Positions 56,494-64,000 of a stretch of 64,000 bases of DNA are shown in pieces. Each line of letters opens with the position of its first letter. The first letter of the stretch is position 1. The DNA is taken from positions 257,235 to 321,234 of the forward strand of contig JBAZFH010000002.1 of NCBI GenBank assembly GCA_041653535.1, given 5' to 3'. The position numbers and the translations under genes are program-made. The notes under the pieces were generated by a model. It searched no databases, was not told the origin of the DNA, and was given only the letters and a program-made list of their open reading frames with translations. This DNA is from Patescibacteria group bacterium (GTDB lineage: Bacteria; Patescibacteriota; Patescibacteriia; JACRDY01).

Positions 56494-57942
56494 ATGTCTC
56501 TGCCATTATTAAAACAAATAGTAAAAAGTAACTATCCAAACGTTGACATTAAGCCCTTGGAGCAGTCTTATTATTTGGCTGCTAAAAAATTAAAAGGACA
56601 AAAACGGGGGAATATGATTTATTTTGATCATCCGGTGGAAACCGCAATGACAGTAGCAAAAATGAAAATGGGTATAGATGTTGTAACAGCAGCGTTGTTG
56701 CATGATTTACCGCGACATTCTGATTATACTTTGGAAAATATCGAAAATGATTATGGAAAAAAGGTTGCTACTATCATTAAATCCGATCTTGACTTATGCG
56801 GAGTCGAGAGTCGTTTCCGGGGTACGGAGCGTTACGTCGAAAGTGCGAAAAGAATGTTTTTTGGCGTTACTCATGATTTTCAATCAATTTTAGTCAAATT
56901 TGCCGAACACTTAAACAATCTCGATCATCTCGATACTTTTCCCGAAAGTCAGCAAAAAAGAATGGTTGAGATTGCGGAAAAGATATATATTCCGTTGGCG
57001 AGCATGCTTGGTATTTGGCGATTACGTTGGCGGATGGAAGATATGTGCTTCAAATATCGCCAGCCGCTTATTTATCAAAAGATTCAGAAAAAAATCGAAA
57101 AAGGTCTTTACCGTAAGCGTCAGCAAATTGTCGACCAGGTGAGAAAAAAGGTTTTAGCTCAGGCAAAAAAATATCAAGTAAAGTGTCGGATTGATAGTCG
57201 TTTTAAACATGTCGCCAGTATTTATCGGAAAATGAAAGAAAAAAACAAACGTTTCAATGAAATTTACGATGTTTTTGCTGTTCGTGTAATTACCGACAAG
57301 CTCGAAAATTGTTATTTGTTAATGGGCGTGATTCATAATTTATGGAAACCAGTACCACGTCGGGTCAAGGATTATATAGCATCACCAAAGCCAAACGGTT
57401 ATCAGTCTTTACATACCACTGTTTTTAGCGAAGACGGCAATCCAATAGAGTTTCAAATTCGTACCAAAGAAATGCATGATGAGGCCCAGTATGGTCTTGC
57501 CGCCCATTGGTATTATAAACATTCTTATGGTGATACGAAAATTCCGCATTGGATCAAGGAGGTTTTAGCCAAAAGGAAAATAATTGATGATGACAATAAA
57601 AAAGTTTTTTTAGACGAACTAAGTATCGACAGTTTGACGGATCATATTTTTTGTTATACTCCCAGCGGCGACATAATCGAAATGCCCAGGGGGGCAACGC
57701 CGGTAGATTTTGCTTATGCCGTCCATACCGATTTAGGGCATCACGGTAAGTCGGCTGTTGTTAACGATATTGATCGACCTCTGGATGTTGTTTTAAAAAA
57801 TAATGACGTGGTTGAAATAATTAAAAAAATGCAAAAACACCCACTAAAAATTTGGCTTAAGTTTGTCAAAACCACGAAGGCCAAAGAGGCGATTAAAAGC
57901 TACCACGAAAAAAACAAAGATGAAGGAAAAGAAATAAAATAA
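56494..57942 (+). CDS. RelA/SpoT-homolog (p)ppGpp synthetase, short form (HD-like plus synthetase plus TGS; HD motif degenerate)
   Basis: Synthetase motifs GYQSLHTTVF...EFQIRTKEMH...GLAAHWYYK, and a TGS region. The N-terminal HD region reads LLHDLPRHSDY and lacks the HDVxEDT signature. Confidence 0.75.
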   Translation: MSLPLLKQIVKSNYPNVDIKPLEQSYYLAAKKLKGQKRGNMIYFDHPVETAMTVAKMKMGIDVVTAALLHDLPRHSDYTLENIENDYGKKVATIIKSDLDLCGVESRFRGTERYVESAKRMFFGVTHDFQSILVKFAEHLNNLDHLDTFPESQQKRMVEIAEKIYIPLASMLGIWRLRWRMEDMCFKYRQPLIYQKIQKKIEKGLYRKRQQIVDQVRKKVLAQAKKYQVKCRIDSRFKHVASIYRKMKEKNKRFNEIYDVFAVRVITDKLENCYLLMGVIHNLWKPVPRRVKDYIASPKPNGYQSLHTTVFSEDGNPIEFQIRTKEMHDEAQYGLAAHWYYKHSYGDTKIPHWIKEVLAKRKIIDDDNKKVFLDELSIDSLTDHIFCYTPSGDIIEMPRGATPVDFAYAVHTDLGHHGKSAVVNDIDRPLDVVLKNNDVVEIIKKMQKHPLKIWLKFVKTTKAKEAIKSYHEKNKDEGKEIK

Positions 57943-57945
57943 AGT

Positions 57946-59412
57946 ATGGACTCTGATTTAAAAAAATTAATCGATGAAATAAAGCTGCATCAACCGGATG
58001 TTGATGTTGATGTTGTTGATTTAGCTTATGATTTTGCCAAAAAAGCTCACGAAGGGCAGTCTCGTTTTTCAGGCGAGCCCTATTTTTCGCATCCTTACAA
58101 TGCCGCTTTGATTTTGGCACAAATAAAAATGAGTCCGACGATGATCGCTGCCGCGTTATTGCATGACGTGCCGGAAGAAACAGAGATAACGATTAGTCAA
58201 ATAAAAAAAGAATTTGGCGAAGACATTGCTTTTTTAGTGGAAGGAGTAACGAAGGTGGGAAAGGTAAAATATCGTGGAGTCGAACGTTATATAGAGAATC
58301 TGCGCAAAATGTTTGTTGCGATGGCGGTTGATTTGCGCGTGATTATCATTCGTTTTGCTGACCGGCTGGATAATTTAAGCACTTTGCAAGTGCACTCCAG
58401 GGAAAAGCAAGTGCGCATTGCTCAAGAAAGTTTGGAGATATACGCGCCGATTGCCAATCGTCTGGGTATGTGGGAGATTCGTAGTCGCATTGAAGACGCC
58501 GCTTTTAAATATGCCATACCGGATGAGTACAAATGGACTGTGGATTTGGTCGCGAAAAAACAACAAGAACAGGAAAAATATTTAATTAAAGTAAAAAAAC
58601 ATTTGGAAGACGAGCTGCGTAAAGAAGGGGTTGATTTTGTTGCAGTGAATGGTCGGGTCAAACATTTGTATAGTTTGTATCTTAAACTTTTGCGACATGA
58701 TAGGGATATTAATAAAATTCGTGATTTGGTAGCGTTGAGAGTAATAGTCAAAAGCGTTGCCGATTGCTATCGGGTATTGGGTGTAGTCCATCATATTTGG
58801 CCTCCGATGCAAGGCAGGATTAAAGACTATATTGCACAGCCAAAGGCTAATGGCTATCAGTCTTTGCACACGACGGTTTTTACCGAAGGAAAAAAGGTGG
58901 TCGAATTTCAGATTCGAACCGAGGAAATGCACGAACGAGCGGAGCAGGGAGTGGCGGCGCACTGGTACTATGATGAAAAAGGCAAAGAGTCTTTTAAACC
59001 GACGGAAGAAATGAGCTGGATTCAAGAGCTTGCCAAATGGAAAAAAGAAATTGAAGAAAATCAAAAGAATTTGGAAAGGCTGAAAGTAGATGTGCTTAAA
59101 GATCGGATATTTGTTTTTACGCCAAAAGGAGACGTGATTGATTTGCCGGAAGAATCAACTCCGGTGGATTTTGCCTACGCCATTCATACTGATATTGGTA
59201 ATAAATGTAGCCGCGCTTATGTAAACGACTTGATTGTTAATCTTGATTATAAACTCAAAAACGGTGACATCGTTGAAGTATTGATTGATAAAAATCGTAA
59301 AGGACCAAATCCTGATTGGCTGAAATTTGTCAAAAGTTCTATGGCGCGTACTCATATCCGAGCGGCGACTAAAGCGGAAAGAGAAGGATTTTTAAGCAAG
59401 CTCATAAAGTAA
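57946..59412 (+). CDS. RelA/SpoT-homolog bifunctional (p)ppGpp synthetase/hydrolase, short form
   Basis: HD motif LLHDVPEETE, synthetase motifs GYQSLHTTVF...EFQIRTEEMH...GVAAHWYY and a TGS domain. No ACT domain. Confidence 0.8.
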   Translation: MDSDLKKLIDEIKLHQPDVDVDVVDLAYDFAKKAHEGQSRFSGEPYFSHPYNAALILAQIKMSPTMIAAALLHDVPEETEITISQIKKEFGEDIAFLVEGVTKVGKVKYRGVERYIENLRKMFVAMAVDLRVIIIRFADRLDNLSTLQVHSREKQVRIAQESLEIYAPIANRLGMWEIRSRIEDAAFKYAIPDEYKWTVDLVAKKQQEQEKYLIKVKKHLEDELRKEGVDFVAVNGRVKHLYSLYLKLLRHDRDINKIRDLVALRVIVKSVADCYRVLGVVHHIWPPMQGRIKDYIAQPKANGYQSLHTTVFTEGKKVVEFQIRTEEMHERAEQGVAAHWYYDEKGKESFKPTEEMSWIQELAKWKKEIEENQKNLERLKVDVLKDRIFVFTPKGDVIDLPEESTPVDFAYAIHTDIGNKCSRAYVNDLIVNLDYKLKNGDIVEVLIDKNRKGPNPDWLKFVKSSMARTHIRAATKAEREGFLSKLIK

Positions 59413-59468
59413 AAAATAAAAACCATTCGGGTAAAGCCGAACGGTTTTATGTTGCTGGGTAAAAAAGA

Positions 59469-59648
59469 TTACCCATTTTTTTTGTTTTGCTCCACGAGCT
59501 CTTTGGCGATACGATCGTGAATGAGGTGGAGTTTTTTGGCGGTTTCTTCGGTAACAGGTTTTGACCCGCCGTCGAAAAATCCGGTTTGGGTTTGTTCCCT
59601 CAGCCATTTTGAGTGCGGTGCGGTTGGGTCGGCTAGTTTTAATGACAT
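59469..59648 (-). CDS. small hypothetical protein (59 aa) with strong RBS
   Basis: Minus-strand AGGAGGCTGC-ATG. Sequence MSLKLADPTAPHSKWLREQTQTGFFDGGSKPVTEETAKKLHLIHDRIAKELVEQNKKNG. Below the ORF-track length cutoff. Confidence 0.4.
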   Translation of the reverse strand: MSLKLADPTAPHSKWLREQTQTGFFDGGSKPVTEETAKKLHLIHDRIAKELVEQNKKNG

Positions 59649-59746
59649 GCAGCCTCCTACGGTTGGTTGGAACGGTTGCCTATAAGTATTAAAACAGAGT
59701 GGTTGTTAACTGTTAATTTGGGTTTTTGTTCCTCGAAAAAACGTTT

Positions 59747-60310
59747 CTAGATTTTGGACCCGATAATCAAAACAGTGATTATACCCAAAGTGTTTAAAAT
59801 ATAGGACAATACATAAAAATTTTTATCGGAAATAGTCGATGAGGCTAGCAGAGTGACTCCGATTTCATCAGGTAGCGGCGAAGCAATAATGATCATGCCA
59901 ATGATCGGCAGAAGGTATTTTTGAGTGAAAATATTGATTTTTGATTTTAAGTAAGCAAATAATTTTTGCTCGGCAATTCTTTGTATTTCGTTAGTAAAAG
60001 AATGTCTGATAAATTTGAACAAAATTGTGTCTGAGACCAACGAGCCTATGCCGGCAATTAAACCGGATAGCACAATACTGTCTTGTTCTTTAGCCAAGAT
60101 AAGCAAAACCGCTGTAGCTGGTGCCGCAGTAAAGCCGTAAGCATAAAGCATGCCGGCGATAAAAATACCTAAATATCCCAGTGAAGACAGAAAATTATGC
60201 CAAGGCTCAAAATTTTTTTCTTTAAATAAAAAATAAGCCAGTATAATAGTTAGGAGTAAAATTAAAAGTTTGGGATATTTAAACCGAGAGAGAGCGTTTC
60301 TTATTTTCAT
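59747..60310 (-). CDS. integral membrane protein, function unknown
   Basis: About 5 TM segments. Confidence 0.45.
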   Translation of the reverse strand: MKIRNALSRFKYPKLLILLLTIILAYFLFKEKNFEPWHNFLSSLGYLGIFIAGMLYAYGFTAAPATAVLLILAKEQDSIVLSGLIAGIGSLVSDTILFKFIRHSFTNEIQRIAEQKLFAYLKSKINIFTQKYLLPIIGMIIIASPLPDEIGVTLLASSTISDKNFYVLSYILNTLGIITVLIIGSKI

Positions 60311-60342
60311 TTTTGTGTTAATAGCTGGTTTCTATCTTCCAG

Positions 60343-61734
60343 TTATTTTTTATAAAATTTTTGATGAACGATAATCGGTGTACCGACAAAGCCGAATTTC
60401 TGGCGGATTTGGTTTTCTAAATATCGAATCCATGATTTGTGTATTTCCGCCTTTGGGTGAACTAGAAGCTCAAAACGAGGCGGGCGAATGCCAGTTTGTT
60501 TAAGCGAGTAAATCTGAGGGAAAATATTGCCTTTAACTGGATTGGGTAGATGTTTTTTTGCGGCACGAGTCAGTATTTTTTCCAGCTCTTTTTCATTTAC
60601 CCTTTTTTCTCTTTCTTGTTCTATTTTTACCGCCAGGTCTAGAGCATTTTTTATTCGTTGACCTTTTTTGGCGGAGATAAAGATGATCGGCGCCCAAGTC
60701 AGGGCCGGGAAGTGACCGTAAAAGTATTTGGTAAATTCGGTCGGACTAGAGGCGTTTTTTTCTTCGACCAGATCCCATTTGTTGCCGACAATAATCAGTC
60801 CGGATCGCGAGTTAATAATTTCGTGAGCCAGGCGCGTGTCTTGGACGCTAAGTCCGGCAGCAGTGTCAATAACCAGCAGTGCAATATCTGATTCTTTAAT
60901 GCTGGTAAAAGAATCATTGACGCCAGCTTTTTCCAACCCTTTATTGACATGAGATTTGCGGCGAATGCCGGCGGTATCGACTAAAGTAAAAACTTTTTCT
61001 TTATATTCAAACTCCGCATCTTGTGATTCGCGAGTGGTGTGGGCAATAGGAGTAACAATCACGCGCTCTTCGCCAAGTATGGCGTTTAAGAGCGATGATT
61101 TGCCGGCGTTGGGTTTGCCGATAATAGCAATATTAAGGTTAGACTTTACTTTCTCTGTCTCTATTTTTTTGGCTCGGGGAAATTTTAGTTTTTTTACTAT
61201 GATATCCAACATGTCGCCAGTACCAGATCCGTTGGTGGCAGATACTGGTATTGGATCTCCTAATCCTAGACGAGCAAAATCCCAGATTTCGTTGCGGGCC
61301 GATTTGTTGTCGACTTTATTAACTACCAGCAGGTATGGTTTACGGCTTTTGCGGAGGATATTGGTAATAGTTTTATCTTCGGTTTGCATGCCTGATTTAC
61401 CGTCCACCACCATAATCAGAAAATCGGCTTTGGCAATGGCGATTTCGGCTTGTTTGACTATGTTTGTTTCAATAATATTATCTGGGTGGATGCGGCTGGA
61501 CAGTCTCATCTTTTTGGGTACCTGGGTGGCTGGCATGTAGCCGAGATCGAGTCCGCCGGTGTCTACCAGGGTAAAGTCTTTACCTCGCCAAGTAACAATA
61601 CCAAAATTACGGTCACGAGTAGTGCCGGGGGCGGGTGAGACTAAGGCTTTGCGCTGCTCGATTAGGCGGTTAAATAGGGTAGATTTACCCACATTTGTTC
61701 GACCGACCAGAGCAACAACTGGCATTTTTTGCAT
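60343..61734 (-). CDS. der: ribosome-associated GTPase Der/EngA (tandem GTPase domains plus KH-like domain)
   Basis: Two G-domains (GRTNVGKST...DTGG; GKPNAGKSS...DTAG) and a C-terminal KH-like domain. Confidence 0.85.
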   Translation of the reverse strand: MQKMPVVALVGRTNVGKSTLFNRLIEQRKALVSPAPGTTRDRNFGIVTWRGKDFTLVDTGGLDLGYMPATQVPKKMRLSSRIHPDNIIETNIVKQAEIAIAKADFLIMVVDGKSGMQTEDKTITNILRKSRKPYLLVVNKVDNKSARNEIWDFARLGLGDPIPVSATNGSGTGDMLDIIVKKLKFPRAKKIETEKVKSNLNIAIIGKPNAGKSSLLNAILGEERVIVTPIAHTTRESQDAEFEYKEKVFTLVDTAGIRRKSHVNKGLEKAGVNDSFTSIKESDIALLVIDTAAGLSVQDTRLAHEIINSRSGLIIVGNKWDLVEEKNASSPTEFTKYFYGHFPALTWAPIIFISAKKGQRIKNALDLAVKIEQEREKRVNEKELEKILTRAAKKHLPNPVKGNIFPQIYSLKQTGIRPPRFELLVHPKAEIHKSWIRYLENQIRQKFGFVGTPIIVHQKFYKK

Positions 61735-61871
61735 AAATTAAATGAATTTCAAGCTAATTATAAAGTAAAACTAGGATAAAAGCAAGTTGGTATTGACATA
61801 TTTTCGATAATATTATATTGATTTAAATCAATTGCATATAGACAATAAATCCAATAAGGGAGGGTTTCTTG

Positions 61872-62126
61872 ATGAAAAAGGCTATGGCAGTGTTGTTTTT
61901 GGTCGTCTTTGCATTGTTATTGGTGGGTGCGATCGCCTGTACCTCGATGCAAGATTTGGAAAGGAACAGCACGGAAAATGTCGTTCAAGAGACCGCGGGA
62001 AATCTGATCTATGCAAAAGACCACCGAGTGGGACTGTGTTTCGCTTTTTACCATGCGGGCTGGTACACCGGTCTTATGACCGAGGTTCCTTGCGAGAAGG
62101 TCGAACACCTTCTCGTCAACAAGTAA
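61872..62126 (+). CDS. small Cys-containing lipoprotein
   Basis: Signal peptide plus lipobox AIAC. RBS AGGGAGGG. Confidence 0.45.
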   Translation: MKKAMAVLFLVVFALLLVGAIACTSMQDLERNSTENVVQETAGNLIYAKDHRVGLCFAFYHAGWYTGLMTEVPCEKVEHLLVNK

Positions 62127-62203
62127 TGTTCCAAGCAATCAGCGGGGTTTCGGGTTTTTGTCCGAGACCCTTTTTCTTTTATCTTAGAAAATGTTAAAAT
62201 ATA

Positions 62204-62294
62204 GCTATCAGCTATCAGCTATCAGCTATCAGCTATCAGCTATCAGCTACCAGCTATCAGCTACCAGCTACCAGCTACCAGCTACCAGCTACCA
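62204..62294. repeat. heptanucleotide tandem repeat (AGCTATC)n drifting to (AGCTACC)n, about 13 units
   Basis: agctatcagctatcagctatc...agctaccagctaccagctacca seen directly. Confidence 0.9.
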
Positions 62295-62305
62295 ATTTTA
62301 ACTAT

Positions 62306-62500
<195 letters not shown>

Positions 62501-62612
62501 CTTATTACTTGTGTATTTTAATTCTGTATCCGGTATCCTGTATCCTGCATACTAAAAACAACGAGCCTTGATACCCGTTGTTTTTTATTTTTCTAAAATT
62601 GTTTGTTGTTGT

Positions 62613-63956
62613 TTACTCGGGAATATCCATTGATCCGGCGGTTTGTCCTAAAATCAGTATTATGTCACCTTTGGCAATATTTTTCACCCACGAAGGAATG
62701 GTCTGGGAAAGATTGGCTTGCATTTTTTGGGTGAGAAATTCAATAGTTTTGGGGTATTTGCCATCAGACAGGTCATAGATAACGTTTTTTTCATAATCAC
62801 GGAAAGGCGCGTTACCGATTTCAACCACGTTATAGCCTGACGATTCGATGTATTTTTCTACCTTACCGGCGAGACCAGAAATAAATGTGCCATTGCGTAT
62901 CTCAACTTTTGAGCCTTCAACGGTTTGTTTTGGTTCTTCTTTTATTGGTTCTTTTTTTACTTCCTCTGTTTTTTGAAGAGTGCTGCCGTCGTTGAAAATA
63001 TTGGCGACTATGCCGCGTATTTCATCGTAATTACCGCCAGGTGGTTGAAGTAAAAACGCTCCATCTTCACCAATGACCGTTTCTAGCTGTCCGCCGGGAC
63101 CTTCCACCAGACCTTTGTTAGTAACGTTATCTTTGTTTATGTTTTTTATTAACGAGGCAAGCCGCACCATTTCCCATATTTCCATATTAGTGGCGACATT
63201 GTCGCTGTATTGGCTATAAAGATTGCTGATTCGAAAAGGATTAACCAAGGTGGAGAAGGATAGCAGTTTTTCTTTGGCAGCTAACAAAACTTTTTGCTGG
63301 CGACGACTACGAGCAAAGTCAGAGCCTTCGCCGTTGTTGCCGTGACGGGAGCGGACGTATTGGAGAGCGGTTTTACTGTCCATCATCTGGCAGCCTTCTT
63401 GAAAAGAAACGGTTTGAGTTTTATAGTCTTCGGTAGGGTAAAGATTGTCGGTAAAAGCCTGATCAACGCATATTTTTACTCCATCCAGTTCGTCGATAAA
63501 TTTTTCAAAACCATTAAAATCAACTCGAACATAGTATTGTATGGGCAGGTTAAAAACTTTAGAAATAGTTTCGACGGTCAGTTCCGCTCCTTTTCCTGGA
63601 TTATTTATTTCACCATAAGCATTGGCATTGTTAATTTTTCGCCAGCCATATCCTGGTATGGGCATTACCAGATCGCGGGGGATAGATATTAATGCGACCT
63701 TTTTTTCTTTTGGTTTGAAACTGACCAGAATAATAGTATCGGTCAAATAGGGTCCGTCGTGTCCTTCTCCGCCAATACCCAGGAGTAAAAAATTTATTCT
63801 GTCATCTTCTTCTCCTTTTAGTTCTTTCTCACCGCTTAAAACCAAATGTTTTATTTGCGTCCAGACGCCGAGACTTTTTTGAGTGTTGTTTTCGTCGCTG
63901 CCAAACATTGATCTGGCGGCGGAAATAACCATCACGGCAATTAAAAAAATTACCAC
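62613..63956 (-). CDS. LytR-CpsA-Psr (LCP) family cell-envelope phosphotransferase
   Basis: N-terminal TM. LCP core FLLLGIGGEGHDGPYLTDTIILVSF...ISIPRDL. C-terminal LytR_C-like region. Confidence 0.75.
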   Translation of the reverse strand: MVIFLIAVMVISAARSMFGSDENNTQKSLGVWTQIKHLVLSGEKELKGEEDDRINFLLLGIGGEGHDGPYLTDTIILVSFKPKEKKVALISIPRDLVMPIPGYGWRKINNANAYGEINNPGKGAELTVETISKVFNLPIQYYVRVDFNGFEKFIDELDGVKICVDQAFTDNLYPTEDYKTQTVSFQEGCQMMDSKTALQYVRSRHGNNGEGSDFARSRRQQKVLLAAKEKLLSFSTLVNPFRISNLYSQYSDNVATNMEIWEMVRLASLIKNINKDNVTNKGLVEGPGGQLETVIGEDGAFLLQPPGGNYDEIRGIVANIFNDGSTLQKTEEVKKEPIKEEPKQTVEGSKVEIRNGTFISGLAGKVEKYIESSGYNVVEIGNAPFRDYEKNVIYDLSDGKYPKTIEFLTQKMQANLSQTIPSWVKNIAKGDIILILGQTAGSMDIPE

Positions 63957-64000
63957 GTATTTAGTGATTTTTCTTTTTGGGCGAGCGCTAGTTTTTATTG

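Overview
This 64-kb window looks like a small, AT-rich, streamlined bacterial genome, most likely from the Candidate Phyla Radiation (Patescibacteria); that assignment is inference from the gene repertoire and composition. It reads as a gene-dense backbone interrupted by several GC-rich islands.

Backbone genes include a truncated corA, a VirD4/TraG-like ATPase, adk, map, ruvX, recO, asnS, mntH, aspS (short form lacking the GAD insertion), scpA/scpB, a DD-carboxypeptidase, rubrerythrin, parA, an HD hydrolase, parB, pth, dprA, capA, topA, two tandem short RelA/SpoT paralogs, der and an LCP protein. There are four tRNA genes: Asn-GTT, Met-CAT, Leu-CAA and fMet-CAT.

The most striking feature is a complete diversity-generating retroelement (DGR) at about 8989-11978. 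A GC-rich 341-aa target gene carries a C-terminal variable repeat (VR, 9889-10009). A cognate template repeat (TR, 10386-10507) differs from the VR at about 22 positions, and every one of those positions is an adenine in the TR. An Avd four-helix-bundle gene on the minus strand starts back-to-back with a DGR-type reverse transcriptase (RT; motifs I/LGxxxSQ and YADD). The RT reading frame is broken at a run of nine guanines. This cassette sits beside a tRNA-Asn that is flanked by partial copies of itself, and beside a GC-rich, hairpin-dense non-coding stretch.

A second notable block is a GC-rich NAD salvage island at 19256-30040. It contains nrtR, pnuC, nadR, a SLOG-like protein, pncA, an ADP-ribosylglycohydrolase, a NadD-NadK fusion, pncB and nadE. 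Related genes lie upstream: a nucleoside hydrolase, a NUDIX hydrolase and prs. The island carries a 24-bp palindromic operator repeated three times and separate NrtR-like palindromes before nrtR and pnuC.

Other oddities are REP-like GC hairpin repeats with an apparent insertion polymorphism, three different heptamer tandem repeats around a 52-codon ORF, a duplicated tRNA-fMet 3' end, and two homopolymer frameshifts.
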